Assembly (NCBI GenBank): GCA_020636775.1
Contig: JACJXF010000008.1
Coordinates: 1,797 to 65,796 of the forward strand
Direction: 5' to 3'
DNA length: 64,000 nt
Origin: Bacteroidales bacterium
Lineage (GTDB): Bacteria; Bacteroidota; Bacteroidia; Bacteroidales; GCA-2748055
How positions within the stretch are numbered: position 1 is the first letter of the stretch; the number at the start of each line of letters is the position of its first letter. A program made the translations under genes and the position numbers. A model generated the notes under the pieces. The model was given only the letters and a program-made list of their open reading frames with translations. It did no database searches and was not told where the DNA came from. Positions 8,516 to 18,964 of the stretch are shown piece by piece.

Positions 8516-9535
8516 ATGGGTTTGTTTTCTTTTCAACAGGAACTGGCAATTGATTTGGGTACGGCTAATACCCTGATTATTCATAACGATAAGGTAGTGG
8601 TGAACGAGCCATCCATTGTAGCCATTGATGCCCGCACAGGGAAACTGATTGCCATTGGTGAGAAGGCAAGACAGATGCATGGAAAAACCCATGAAAATAT
8701 TAAGACCATCAGACCCTTGCGCGACGGTGTTATTGCCGATTTTGATGCGGCAGAACAGATGATCCGCGGGATGATTAAACTGATTAACAAGGGAAATAAA
8801 CTCTTTACACCATCCCTGAAAATGGTGGTATGTATCCCGAGCGGATGCACTGAAGTTGAGAGAAGAGCCGTTCGTGATTCATCCGAACATGCCGGGGGAC
8901 GCGATGTTTACATGATTTACGAACCTATGGCTGCGGCAATTGGTATCGGAATCGATGTGGAAGCACCTGACGGAAGCATGGTTGTTGACATTGGTGGTGG
9001 AACAACCGAAATCGCCGTAATTGCCCTTGGAGGTATTGTCTGTAACCAGTCACTCAGGGTGGCAGGTGACGGATTTACCGCTGATATCCAGGCTTACATG
9101 AGGCATCAGCATAATATTAAGATCGGTGAGCGTACTGCCGAAGAAATCAAGATTGTTGTCGGATCTGCCATATCAGAGCTGGATTCACCTCCCCCTGATT
9201 TCAATGTTCGTGGACCGAACCTTATGACTGCCATGCCAATTGAGATTCCGATATCGTACCAGGAAATTGCTCATTGCCTGGATAAATCAATTTCGAAAAT
9301 CGAAACTGCAGTTCTTTCCGTACTGGAGCAAACACCTCCTGAATTGTATGCCGACATCGTTCAGCGGGGAATATACCTGACAGGTGGAGGGGCCTTACTC
9401 CGGGGTCTTGATAAGCGACTCACAGATAAAATAAATATTCCATTCCTGGTAGCCGAAGATCCTTTACAGGCAGTGGTAAGGGGAACGGGTATTGCATTGA
9501 AAAATTCGGATAAGTTTTCATTCCTGATGAGATAA
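8516..9535 (+). CDS. mreB: Rod shape-determining protein MreB
   Basis: 339 aa. The actin-fold motifs are AIDLGTANT, VVDIGGGTTE and IYLTGGGALLRGLD. The gene starts 14 nt after the purH stop. Confidence 0.96.
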   Translation: MGLFSFQQELAIDLGTANTLIIHNDKVVVNEPSIVAIDARTGKLIAIGEKARQMHGKTHENIKTIRPLRDGVIADFDAAEQMIRGMIKLINKGNKLFTPSLKMVVCIPSGCTEVERRAVRDSSEHAGGRDVYMIYEPMAAAIGIGIDVEAPDGSMVVDIGGGTTEIAVIALGGIVCNQSLRVAGDGFTADIQAYMRHQHNIKIGERTAEEIKIVVGSAISELDSPPPDFNVRGPNLMTAMPIEIPISYQEIAHCLDKSISKIETAVLSVLEQTPPELYADIVQRGIYLTGGGALLRGLDKRLTDKINIPFLVAEDPLQAVVRGTGIALKNSDKFSFLMR

Positions 9536-9553
9536 GAGCTGTAAGATTATGAG

Positions 9554-10378
9554 ATGAGGAACCTTCTGCAATTTATTCTACGTCATTATATTATTTTCCT
9601 TTTTCTTTTTCTTGAAGGAATATCCTTTCTATTGATATTTCAGTTTAATGCATTCCAGAAATCGCACTTCGTAGGTTTTACAAGAACCATTACCTCACAA
9701 CTGCAGGAAGATTTCTATAATTTGAACTCCTATTTTCACCTGAGAGTTGAAAACGAGAAACTTTCAGAGGAAAATGCCCGCCTGCGGAATGAAATTGATA
9801 AGCTTGCAAAGCTGGAGATGAGTCCCGGAATTGTAAAGGATACCATAAGCCAGATGAGTTATACTTTCATACCGAGCAGAGTGGTTAGCTGCTCCGTTAA
9901 CAAACAATACAATTATATTACAGTAAATAAAGGCAGGTTACAGGGGATTTATCCCGACATGGCAGCCATTTCGGAAACAGGTGTAGTTGGAATCGTTGTT
10001 GGAGTTTCCGATAATTACAGTACCATCATTCCCGTGTTAAACAGGAATTTTAGACTTAGTGCACGATTAAAGAAAAATATGTTTTTTGGTATCGTTGAGT
10101 GGGAAGGTTTGTCGCCTGAATATGTCAGTTTCAGGGAAATTCCCGTTCATATTGATGTTCAGCCCGGTGATACGGTCGTTACATCAGGTTTTTCTGCAGT
10201 ATTTCCGGAAGGTATTCTGGTGGGTACTGTCGAAAGCGTCAAAAATTCAGGGGGAAATTTTCACGAAATAAAATTGCGCTTGTCAACCGATTACAGGAGA
10301 TTGTATCATGTTAACCTGATTTCATTTAACAGGAAATCGGAACTCGAAGAACTGGAAAACAACAGCAGGAATGATTAG
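9554..10378 (+). CDS. mreC: Rod shape-determining protein MreC
   Basis: 274 aa. It has an N-terminal TM segment, a coiled coil (LRVENEKLSEENARLRNE), and a beta-domain with GDTVVTSG...FPEGILVG. It is positioned after mreB. Confidence 0.9.
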   Translation: MRNLLQFILRHYIIFLFLFLEGISFLLIFQFNAFQKSHFVGFTRTITSQLQEDFYNLNSYFHLRVENEKLSEENARLRNEIDKLAKLEMSPGIVKDTISQMSYTFIPSRVVSCSVNKQYNYITVNKGRLQGIYPDMAAISETGVVGIVVGVSDNYSTIIPVLNRNFRLSARLKKNMFFGIVEWEGLSPEYVSFREIPVHIDVQPGDTVVTSGFSAVFPEGILVGTVESVKNSGGNFHEIKLRLSTDYRRLYHVNLISFNRKSELEELENNSRND

Positions 10379-10877
10379 GATTTATTTTAGAAATATACTC
10401 CGGTTTTTTACCGTCTTGTTTTTGCAGGTTCTCCTGCTCGACAATATCCATCTGGGCGGTTACCTGTCACCATTCTTTTACCTGATTTTTATAATACTTC
10501 TGCCATTTGAAACCCCGAACTGGCTTGTGCTGATCCTTGCTTTTCTGATGGGATTAAGCGTTGACTTTTTCAATGGCACTCCGGGGATGCATGCATCTGC
10601 TCTTGTTTTTATGGCATTCCTGCGTCCCTTTATTCTGAAAAATTTTTCTCCCAGAGACGGCTATGAATCCGGCTCCTATCCACGGGTATTTTATTACGGG
10701 ATAGAATGGTTTACAAAATATGCGATATTAATGATTCTTGCTCATCATTTCTTTTATTACTTCGTTGAGTCATACCGGATTTCAGAGCTGTTTTATACCC
10801 TTTTTAGAATTATACTCAGTACCTTGCTTACGACAGTGATAATTGTCCTTAGCCAGTTTTTTATTTACAGAAAATGA
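10371..10877 (+). CDS. mreD: Rod shape-determining protein MreD
   Basis: 168 aa polytopic membrane protein. It overlaps the mreC end by 8 nt and the mrdA start by 4 nt. The call rests on position and size. Confidence 0.8.
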   Translation: MIRIYFRNILRFFTVLFLQVLLLDNIHLGGYLSPFFYLIFIILLPFETPNWLVLILAFLMGLSVDFFNGTPGMHASALVFMAFLRPFILKNFSPRDGYESGSYPRVFYYGIEWFTKYAILMILAHHFFYYFVESYRISELFYTLFRIILSTLLTTVIIVLSQFFIYRK

Positions 10878-12697
10878 TTAACCAGTATTTTCAGAGGAAA
10901 TATATTATCGGAGGGATTATTCTTCTGGCCGGACTGGTACTGTTATTTCGCCTGTTTTACCTGCAGGTGGTGAATTCAAGTTATAAATTATCAGCTGAAA
11001 ACAACTCTAAACGCGAAGTAATTCAGTACCCGGCAAGGGGACTAATGTACGACCGCAACGGTACTCTGCTGGTTTCCAATCAGGCTGCTTACGATGTGAT
11101 GCTTACTCCGGGACAGCTAGATGCTTTCGATACAATTTCTTTTATCAAAATCCTGGGAATTAGCCTGGCAGATGTCAGGTCTGGAATTAAGAAGGCAAAG
11201 GAATATTCAAGTTTTGCTCCTTCGGTTTTTATGAAGCAGGTTTCAGGTGAAATCGCTTCTGTACTGCAGGAACAATTGTATAAATTTCCGGGATTTTTTG
11301 TTCAGACAAGGACCCTGAGAAAATATCCGAGAAATATTGCCGCTCACCTTATGGGATATGTTGGTGAGGTAGATAAAAATATTATCGGCAACAATCCTTA
11401 TTACCAGATGGGGGATTATATTGGCATAAGCGGAGTGGAAAAGCGTTATGAGGAAATCCTGAGAGGTGTAAAGGGAAAGAAGAATTACCTGGTGGATGTG
11501 CATAGTCGCATAACTGGAAGTTATCAGGGTGGAAGGTTTGACGTGCCTGCTAAAATAGGAAAGGATATAACTCTTACCATTGATGCGGATTTGCAGGAAT
11601 ATGGTGAAAGCCTTATGAAGAATTTTACCGGTAGTATTGTAGCTATTGAACCTTCAAGCGGGGAGATGCTGTGTATGGTGAGTACACCATCATATCCGCC
11701 TGATCTTCTGGTTGGAAGAGGTCTTAGTCATAATTTTAATTCCCTTTCCAGTGATACTCTGAATCCTCTCTTTAACCGTGCCATTGCAGCCTCCTACCCT
11801 CCGGGGTCTACCTTCAAACTGATAAATGCCCTGGTTGGTCTTCAGGAAAAAGTAATTACACCTGCCACCGAATTCGGCTGTCAGAGTGGATATGCCTTTA
11901 AAGGACAGTTTTTAGGTTGTCACAGCCACAGGTCACCACTGGACCTTAGAGAAGGAATCCAAAACTCCTGTAATTCCTATTTTGTAAATGTTTTCAGAAG
12001 GATTATGGAAGACCCGAAATTTGGTTCTACGGATCAGGCTTTTAATAACTGGAGGAAACACCTTTTGTCGTTTGGACTTGGAAATACACTGAATTCAGAC
12101 CTTTCGGGTGAACTTAAAGGCTTCATCCCAAAGGATGAGTACTATAACAAGTATTATGGCAAAGATCACTGGAACTTTCTAACCATACGTTCACTGGCTA
12201 TTGGTCAGGGAGAGCTGGGTGTGACTCCCCTGCAAATGGCTAATCTTACCTCTGCCATCGCTAATCAGGGCTATTACATCACCCCTCATGTTCTGAAGGC
12301 AGTTATTGGAGAAGAGAGCATTGACCCGGCTTACCTTGAAAGACATTATACAAGCATTGACACCACATATTTTCCAATTGTAATCGATGGAATGGAACTG
12401 GCTGTAAACGGTGGAGCAGGAAGTACTGCCGGAAGAGCTAAGATTGAAGGAATTGTGGTCTGTGGAAAAACCGGAACTGCCGAGAACCCTCACGGAGAAG
12501 ATCACTCTATTTTTATTGCCTTTGCACCAAGGGAAAATCCTAAAATCGCAATAGCAGTTTACATTGAGAATGGCGGATTTGGCGGAACCTGGGCTGCACC
12601 CGTCGCCAGCCTGATGATTGAGAAATACCTTACACGGGAAGTAAAGAGAAAGTATCTGGAAGATTATATTTACAACGCTGAAATCAAACGTAAATAG
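10874..12697 (+). CDS. mrdA: Penicillin-binding protein 2 (elongasome transpeptidase)
   Basis: 607 aa. It carries the SxxK motif (PGSTFK), SxN (SCNSYF) and KTG (GKTGTAE), and lies in the mreBCD context. Confidence 0.93.
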   Translation: MINQYFQRKYIIGGIILLAGLVLLFRLFYLQVVNSSYKLSAENNSKREVIQYPARGLMYDRNGTLLVSNQAAYDVMLTPGQLDAFDTISFIKILGISLADVRSGIKKAKEYSSFAPSVFMKQVSGEIASVLQEQLYKFPGFFVQTRTLRKYPRNIAAHLMGYVGEVDKNIIGNNPYYQMGDYIGISGVEKRYEEILRGVKGKKNYLVDVHSRITGSYQGGRFDVPAKIGKDITLTIDADLQEYGESLMKNFTGSIVAIEPSSGEMLCMVSTPSYPPDLLVGRGLSHNFNSLSSDTLNPLFNRAIAASYPPGSTFKLINALVGLQEKVITPATEFGCQSGYAFKGQFLGCHSHRSPLDLREGIQNSCNSYFVNVFRRIMEDPKFGSTDQAFNNWRKHLLSFGLGNTLNSDLSGELKGFIPKDEYYNKYYGKDHWNFLTIRSLAIGQGELGVTPLQMANLTSAIANQGYYITPHVLKAVIGEESIDPAYLERHYTSIDTTYFPIVIDGMELAVNGGAGSTAGRAKIEGIVVCGKTGTAENPHGEDHSIFIAFAPRENPKIAIAVYIENGGFGGTWAAPVASLMIEKYLTREVKRKYLEDYIYNAEIKRK

Positions 12698-12722
12698 TTT
12701 TAATACCTGGCTTTGACAAATT

Positions 12723-14135
12723 ATGAGGAGAGGAAATATCATAGCAAATCTGGACTGGATTACCATAATGCTTTATTTGCTTCTTGTAATAATGGGCTGG
12801 CTTAATATTTTTTCTGCCGTTTATAGCGAAGGTCATCCCAGCATCCTTGATATTAATCAGAGGTACGGGAAACAGTTTATATGGATACTGGCAGCAATAA
12901 TAATGGCCATCGCCATTGTGCTGATCGATCACAGGTTTTATGAGTTTTTTGGATACATCCTCTATGGTACAGCTATTCTTATTCTGCTGGCTGTATTGGT
13001 TGCCGGAAAAGAAATTAACGGATCTAAAAGCTGGTTCGCACTGGGTGGATTTCAGATTCAGCCCTCAGAATTTGCCAAGCCTGCTGTTGCACTGGCTTTA
13101 GCCAAATACCTGAGTACCTTTAATATCAACAGCAAAAAATTCAGCACACTACTAAAAGTAGGGATTATTATATTTCTTCCTTCCCTTTTAATCCTCTTAC
13201 AGCCAGATACAGGCTCTGCCCTGGTGTTCTTTGCATTTGTACTTCCGGTATACAGAGAGGGTTTTTCAGGAGCTATATTAATTGGCATGTTTGCCCTGGC
13301 ACTTTTATTTATTCTGGTCCTGGTAAGCAATGAATTAGTTTTACTTGCATCAATTATTGCCCTGGGTTTTATAGCTTACTGGCTGATGGTAAAAAGTTTT
13401 AAAAATCTGATTCTGGCAGTCCTTATATTTATTGCGTTTTTCTTCATTTCACTCGGGGCGTCATACCTGTTTGGGAATAGCCTGGAATATTATCCTGCAG
13501 CATTGATTTCTATGGTACTTTCTATAATTACTTACCTCATACTTGCTTATATACATCGTATACGAAAGGTTGGAATTCTGATGTTGGTTGTTGCTGCTAC
13601 GGTGTTTTATACATTTGCAGTCAACTATTCGTTCGACCATTTTCTCAGCGACTATCAGCAGCGAAGAGTCAATATAATGCTTGGGATACAATCCGACCCT
13701 TTGGGCGCGGGTTATAATGTCAACCAGTCGATGATCGCTATAGGGTCGGGCGGAGTCGTAGGCAAAGGATTTCTTCAGGGAACCCAGACCAAGCTAAATT
13801 TTGTTCCCGAGCAAAGTACCGATTTTATTTTTTGTACAGTTGGCGAGGAATGGGGTTTTCTTGGAACTACCATCGTTATTATCCTGTTCCTGTATTTGTT
13901 TATTCGCCTGATAACTCTGGCAGAACTGCAAAAGGAGAAATTTGCCAGAGTCTTTGGGTACGGACTAGTATCGGTTATGTTTCTCCATTTTTTTATAAAT
14001 ATAGCCATGACCATTGGCCTTTTCCCGGTGGTTGGTATACCTCTGCCTTTCTTTAGCTATGGAGGATCGTCATTATGGGCATTCACAATTTTTCTGTTTA
14101 TTTTTCTGAGGCTGGACGCAGGAAGGAAGGAGTAG
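12723..14135 (+). CDS. rodA: Rod shape-determining protein RodA (SEDS family glycosyltransferase)
   Basis: 470 aa. SEDS motifs are FQIQPSEFAK, PDTGSAL, VPEQSTDFIF and PLPFFSYGGSS. It has an extra hydrophobic insert in the middle relative to short RodA proteins. Confidence 0.92.
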   Translation: MRRGNIIANLDWITIMLYLLLVIMGWLNIFSAVYSEGHPSILDINQRYGKQFIWILAAIIMAIAIVLIDHRFYEFFGYILYGTAILILLAVLVAGKEINGSKSWFALGGFQIQPSEFAKPAVALALAKYLSTFNINSKKFSTLLKVGIIIFLPSLLILLQPDTGSALVFFAFVLPVYREGFSGAILIGMFALALLFILVLVSNELVLLASIIALGFIAYWLMVKSFKNLILAVLIFIAFFFISLGASYLFGNSLEYYPAALISMVLSIITYLILAYIHRIRKVGILMLVVAATVFYTFAVNYSFDHFLSDYQQRRVNIMLGIQSDPLGAGYNVNQSMIAIGSGGVVGKGFLQGTQTKLNFVPEQSTDFIFCTVGEEWGFLGTTIVIILFLYLFIRLITLAELQKEKFARVFGYGLVSVMFLHFFINIAMTIGLFPVVGIPLPFFSYGGSSLWAFTIFLFIFLRLDAGRKE

Positions 14136-14201
14136 GTTTACAGGCCTGAACGAGCCGTTTAAGGACAGCTTTTTTACCAGTAAAATATAGATACAGCTAA
14201 T

Positions 14202-14813
14202 TTAACCGGCAAATTTCCGTGGCAGGCCGGTGCTTATACCGTGTTCTTTTTCCACAAAGTCACGGATGTCTTCGAAAAATTCAATAAATTCATTCCGCAT
14301 CTCGTTTTCTTTTTCCCTCAGGACCTGAACGGCATAGGCTGAATGTTCGGGAAGGGAAGTCCTGCTGGCCATTCGGTAAAGTACATTTTCGATCCCTTCG
14401 GGACTCGAGTACGACATTAACCAGTTGTTCCTTATAAAATTCGGGAACCAGTTTTTAATACCCTGCGGGAAATCATAATAATGTTTTTTCAGGGTGGAAA
14501 AAGAATAATCCACAAACTCCTGCAGACTTATTGAGCTGTAATTTTCCCAGCTGGACGACAGGAAATAGTCATAAAATATATCAGTAACAATCCCTGAATA
14601 TTTTCCATACCGTTCTGAAATATGAGATTTACTCTTTCGGGTGATAGGATGACTATCGGTATAGCTGTCGATATAACGATGCAGCATAATTCCTTTTCTT
14701 ATGGGCTCAGGATAATAAAGATATTCTTTCCCTTTCACATAATCTCCAATGAAATTCCCAACCATGATTTCTTCGTGGTCACCTGAAAGATATAAATGGG
14801 CGAGAAAATTCAT
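14202..14813 (-). CDS. acpH: Acyl carrier protein phosphodiesterase
   Basis: 203 aa. MNFLAHLYLS...GNFIGDYVKG is the typical AcpH N-terminus. Confidence 0.8.
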   Translation of the reverse strand: MNFLAHLYLSGDHEEIMVGNFIGDYVKGKEYLYYPEPIRKGIMLHRYIDSYTDSHPITRKSKSHISERYGKYSGIVTDIFYDYFLSSSWENYSSISLQEFVDYSFSTLKKHYYDFPQGIKNWFPNFIRNNWLMSYSSPEGIENVLYRMASRTSLPEHSAYAVQVLREKENEMRNEFIEFFEDIRDFVEKEHGISTGLPRKFAG

Positions 14814-15158
14814 TTTTCAAACTAATAATGGCAGGCAGAAAAATCTGATTTTTCAATCCTTTACCTGATTTATTATCCTGTTTTTTATAATTTTTAGAGA
14901 ACTTAATATATAACGTTCGCTTGCTCTGTAAGTTACAAAAACCGCACCATTTTTCCTATTCAAAAGTATGGAGTATAACTGATCAACAGATATTATTAAA
15001 CATATGCATTTCAATTCAATCTTAAAATTTTAAATAGCTAATAGACAGGTTATTAAAATTTTTTCATGGGATTTTTATTTCTGCTATCTATGTTTTTCAA
15101 TAGATGATTTGTGATTCAAATCGATTACTTTGCCAAACAATTTTTTAAACCTTATAAT

Positions 15159-16505
15159 ATGAGTCCAAAAAAAGTAATTATCATTGGTGCCGCAGGACGG
15201 GATTTTCATAATTTCAACACCTATTTCCGCGATAATCCAGCTTATAACGTGGTTGCATTTACTGCTGCCCAGATTCCCGATATCGACGGTAGAAAATATC
15301 CGGCCGAACTTGCCGGCAAGTTATACCCAAAAGGTATTCCGATCTATATTGAAGCAGATCTTCCAAAATTAATAAAGGATAATAAGGTTGATGATTGCGT
15401 ATTTTCATACAGCGACGTTCCTTATAACAGGGTAATGGGTGTCAGTGCCATTGTTAACGCAGCTGGTGCAAATTTTATTCTCTTAGGTTCAAAAGATACC
15501 CAGATAAAAAGTACAAAGCCCTTAATTGCTGTTGGAGCAGTGCGAACGGGTTGCGGAAAAAGTCAGACTTCCCGCAGAATTATTGAATTGCTGATGCAAA
15601 AGGGATTAAAGGTTGTTGCTATTCGTCATCCCATGCCTTATGGAGACCTTAATGCACAGAAGGTTCAGCGTTTTGCCGCAATTTCAGATCTTGAAAAGCA
15701 TAAATGTACCGTGGAAGAAATGGAGGAGTACGAACCTCATGTTGTTAGGGGAAATGTAATTTATGCAGGCGTCGACTACGAAGCCATTCTCCGGGCAGCT
15801 GAGAATGATCCCGCAGGTTGCGACGTGATATTATGGGATGGAGGAAATAATGACTTTCCATTCTATGTTTCCGACCTGACGGTTACCGTTACGGATCCCC
15901 ACCGACCAGGACATGAATTATCATACTATCCGGGTGAGGTAACTCTAAGGATGGCCGATGTGGTGGTTATCAATAAAATCGACAGTGCAGAACCGGCTTC
16001 CATTCAGATCGTCCGTGAAAACATTGCAAAGGTTAATCCCGGAGCGATTGTTATCGACGGAGCATCACCCATTAAGGTCGACGATCCGTCTTTGATCAAA
16101 GGGAAACGGGTATTGGTGGTAGAAGACGGGCCTACCCTGACTCATGGTGAAATGAAGATTGGTGCAGGAGTTGTGGCTGCCAGAAAGTTCGGTGCTTCTG
16201 AAATGGTGGATCCAAGACCCTATACAGTTGGAAAACTATCTGAAACTTTTGCAATTTATCCAAACATTGGATCCCTGCTTCCTGCCATGGGATATGGGAA
16301 ACAACAACTTATGGATCTGGAGGCAACCATAAATAAAACGGATTGTGACTCGGTGGTAATTGCAACCCCTATCGATCTGAACAGGATTATTAAAATCAAA
16401 AAACCAAATACACGGGTTTATTATGATCTTCAGGAAATAGGGAAGCCTGACCTGACAGATGTTCTGGACGATTTTGTAAAAAAATTCAAGCCCGGGAAAA
16501 AATAA
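15159..16505 (+). CDS. Cyclic 2,3-diphosphoglycerate synthetase-like P-loop protein (function in bacteria unknown)
   Basis: About 448 aa. It has KKVIIIGAAGRDFHNFN at the N-terminus, a Walker-A-like GAVRTGCGKSQTS, and INKID. It resembles the CPGS/GTPase-like family. I place the start at ATG 15159; the ORF track starts at GTG 15111. Confidence 0.55.
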   Translation: MSPKKVIIIGAAGRDFHNFNTYFRDNPAYNVVAFTAAQIPDIDGRKYPAELAGKLYPKGIPIYIEADLPKLIKDNKVDDCVFSYSDVPYNRVMGVSAIVNAAGANFILLGSKDTQIKSTKPLIAVGAVRTGCGKSQTSRRIIELLMQKGLKVVAIRHPMPYGDLNAQKVQRFAAISDLEKHKCTVEEMEEYEPHVVRGNVIYAGVDYEAILRAAENDPAGCDVILWDGGNNDFPFYVSDLTVTVTDPHRPGHELSYYPGEVTLRMADVVVINKIDSAEPASIQIVRENIAKVNPGAIVIDGASPIKVDDPSLIKGKRVLVVEDGPTLTHGEMKIGAGVVAARKFGASEMVDPRPYTVGKLSETFAIYPNIGSLLPAMGYGKQQLMDLEATINKTDCDSVVIATPIDLNRIIKIKKPNTRVYYDLQEIGKPDLTDVLDDFVKKFKPGKK

Positions 16506-16533
16506 TAAATAGTATTAACAGGTATAAAATGAA

Positions 16534-16568
16534 AGAGAGTTGTCCCAGCCAGACAACTCTCTTCGTTT
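16534..16568 (+). terminator. Rho-independent terminator after the CPGS-like gene
   Basis: An 11-bp perfect stem AGAGAGTTGTC/GACAACTCTCT (16534-16544 / 16552-16562) has a 7-nt loop and is followed by TCGTTTG. Confidence 0.6.
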
Positions 16569-16927
16569 GAATTAAGAACAAATGAACGATATTCCCTTCT
16601 TTCAATCTATTCCATTCCCGTTTTCTAACCCTCTATTCTTTCACACAACGGAAATAAGAACTTATCTATCAAACCGTTCATTTCTGTTTAAACACTAAAG
16701 GAATCATTTGGTTTATTTTTATTAGCAAAACTTTAAACAAATTTTTGAATATCAATAAAATGCCAGATACATTACTTCTATATACCATGAAAACATGGGG
16801 CCCCGGAAAATTCATAGAATAAGTTCTAAATTAAATTTACATTGATAATTCAGTAGTACTTCCACTAAAAGTTTGCATTATATGCCTAATTTTAAATCCT
16901 TAATTTTATAAATCTGAAAAGCTCAAA

Positions 16928-17185
16928 ATGAAAGATTTTTGGTTCATAGTTTTTATTTTCTTCCTGAATTTACCTTTTGGCTATTGGAGAGCAAAAGTCA
17001 GAAAGTTCAGTCTGTCCTGGGTGCTGGCCATTCATGTGCCGGTACTGATTATAATTGGAAGCAGGTTTGCTTTTCACATCCCATATAAGTTTATAACCCT
17101 TCCTTTAAATGTGGGAGCTTTTTTTATTGCTCAATATCTGGGAGGGAAATATTACCTTATTAAAAGCGGGAAGGAAAACGTCTGA
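16928..17185 (+). CDS. Small hydrophobic membrane protein, hypothetical
   Basis: 85 aa with three predicted hydrophobic helices. It is isolated in an AT-rich spacer and I recognise no motif. Confidence 0.4.
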   Translation: MKDFWFIVFIFFLNLPFGYWRAKVRKFSLSWVLAIHVPVLIIIGSRFAFHIPYKFITLPLNVGAFFIAQYLGGKYYLIKSGKENV

Positions 17186-17228
17186 TTACTTTCAGTTAGC
17201 ATGTCAAAATCTTTCAAAATAGTTTGAG

Positions 17229-17306
17229 ATAAACATTTCGGGAAATAAAATTTTAATTACCGGGGGAGTTTATGGTATTGGCCTGCACAAACGCAGCCCG
17301 CTTTGA
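17229..17306 (+). pseudogene. Remnant of the 5' end of a short-chain dehydrogenase/reductase (SDR) gene
   Basis: The frame reads (ATA)-NISGNKILITGGVYGIGLHKRSPL-stop. KILITGGxxGIGL is the canonical SDR Rossmann TGxxxGIG N-terminus. The start codon position is ATA and a stop comes after 25 codons. Possible further fragments (NENVE, LNEQRPGIT) occur downstream to about 17400, interrupted by stops. Confidence 0.45.
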
Positions 17307-17411
17307 ATGAAAACGTTGAATAGGTATTTATATAGCTGAATGAGCAGAGGCCCGGAATTACACAAGGATATAGCGAATCTATATGCATGCAGGCCCAAAG
17401 ATCTTAAAAGC

Positions 17412-17457
17412 TCATTTAAAAGAATGAATCCCTGATTACCCGTGCAAACAGGGATTC
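17412..17457 (-). terminator. Putative terminator of pgi
   Basis: On the minus strand there is a 9-bp stem GAATCCCTG/CAGGGATTC (17426-17434 / 17449-17457) with a 14-nt loop, followed by ATTCTTTT. It lies 23 nt below the pgi stop. Confidence 0.5.
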
Positions 17458-17479
17458 TGAATGGTGAATTTTCCCTTTT

Positions 17480-18823
17480 TTAAATGCGGGATTTAATTTT
17501 CTTCGTTTCTTCTTCAAAACCGGGTTTCTCGAGTAAAGCAAACATATTGGTTTTATAAGCTTCCACACCGGGCTGGTTAAAGGGGTTGACCTTTAGGAGA
17601 TAGCCGCTTATTCCGCAGGCGATTTCGAAAAAGTACACCAGTTGTCCCAGGTTGAATTCAGAAATGGTATCAATGGAAATCCTTATATTCGGAACACCTC
17701 CGTCAACGTGTGCCAGCATGGTTCCCAGCTCGGCCATTTTGTTTACTTCGTCAACCCGTTTCCCTGCGATATAATTGAGCTGATCGAAATCGTCATTATC
17801 CTTTGGGATAATAAATTTCGAGGCAGGTTTTTCAACAGAAATAACAGTTTCAAAAATATGTCTCTCTCCATCCTGAATATACTGTCCCATGGAATGTAAG
17901 TCGGCAGTGAAATTTACACTGGCCGGATATATTCCTTTTCCGTCTTTACCTTCACTTTCTCCATACAATTGCTTCCACCATTCGGAGAAATAAATAAGCT
18001 TGCTGTTAAAATTTGCAAGGATTTCAATTTTTTTACCCTTGTTGTAAAGTGCATTTCGGGTAGCGGCGTAAAGGGAGGCCGGGTTATCCGAAAAAGGAAT
18101 TTCAGGGGAAGTCGACTTTTCCATTTCTGCGGCGCCTTTAATAAATTCCCTTATGTTAAATCCCGCAACAGCAATGGGTAGCAGACCTACAGGGGTCAGA
18201 ACCGAAAACCTGCCTCCGGTATCATCAGGGATTATAAAGGTTTTATATCCTTCAATATCAGCCATTTTTCTGAGTGCTCCTTTCGAATGATCGGTAATGG
18301 CAATAATTTTCTTTTTCGCATTTTCCTTACCAACTTTTTTCTCAAGATGATTTTTAAGAATTCTGAAGGCCAGTGCGGGTTCTGTCGTAGTTCCAGATTT
18401 TGAAATTACAGCAATACCATAATTTTTCTTGTCGAGTACCTCAAGCAACTCACTGATGTAATCTTCACCAATATTCTGGCCGGCAAATACAATCTGGGGA
18501 GCAGCAGTTTCAGTTTTCATCCATGCAAAATTATTGCTTAGCGCATCAATAATGGCTTTTGCTCCCAGATAGGATCCCCCGATTCCAACTACAACCAGCA
18601 GATCAATTTCGGATCTGAGTTTGGCAGCCGTTTTTTCAATATCACTTATAAGAGATTCAGGGAATTTAGAGGGCAGATCAAGCCAGCCGAGAAAGTCGTT
18701 TCCTTCTCCCGATTTATTGTAAAGCTTCTTCAAAGCAACATTTGCAGCAGATTCCGATTTATTTATTTCAGCTTCTGGGACAAATCCGTATACTTTCGAA
18801 ATATCCAGTTTAATATGGTTCAT
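17480..18823 (-). CDS. pgi: Glucose-6-phosphate isomerase
   Basis: 447 aa. Motifs include [25 protein letters not shown] and YGESEGK. Confidence 0.93.
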   Translation of the reverse strand: MNHIKLDISKVYGFVPEAEINKSESAANVALKKLYNKSGEGNDFLGWLDLPSKFPESLISDIEKTAAKLRSEIDLLVVVGIGGSYLGAKAIIDALSNNFAWMKTETAAPQIVFAGQNIGEDYISELLEVLDKKNYGIAVISKSGTTTEPALAFRILKNHLEKKVGKENAKKKIIAITDHSKGALRKMADIEGYKTFIIPDDTGGRFSVLTPVGLLPIAVAGFNIREFIKGAAEMEKSTSPEIPFSDNPASLYAATRNALYNKGKKIEILANFNSKLIYFSEWWKQLYGESEGKDGKGIYPASVNFTADLHSMGQYIQDGERHIFETVISVEKPASKFIIPKDNDDFDQLNYIAGKRVDEVNKMAELGTMLAHVDGGVPNIRISIDTISEFNLGQLVYFFEIACGISGYLLKVNPFNQPGVEAYKTNMFALLEKPGFEEETKKIKSRI

Positions 18824-18891
18824 GTTAATTCTGTATTTATATATTTTGATTACGCCAGGGTTTGAGATTTCTGGATCTCTGTTACGGAAGG

Positions 18892-18899
18892 CAAAATTA
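18892..18899 (-). promoter_or_regulatory. -7 box TAATTTTG upstream of pgi
   Basis: The minus-strand TAATTTTG matches TAnnTTTG and lies about 68 nt upstream of the pgi ATG. Confidence 0.35.
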
Positions 18900-18964
18900 G
18901 AAAGAATAATTTACTAATAAGGGAGGAAAGTCAAAAATTGTAATGAACGAAACAGGTATTACAC

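Noticed and set aside
12191-12766. 191-aa minus-strand ORF
   Set aside because: It is antisense to the well-supported mrdA 3' end and the rodA start, and it has no recognisable motif.
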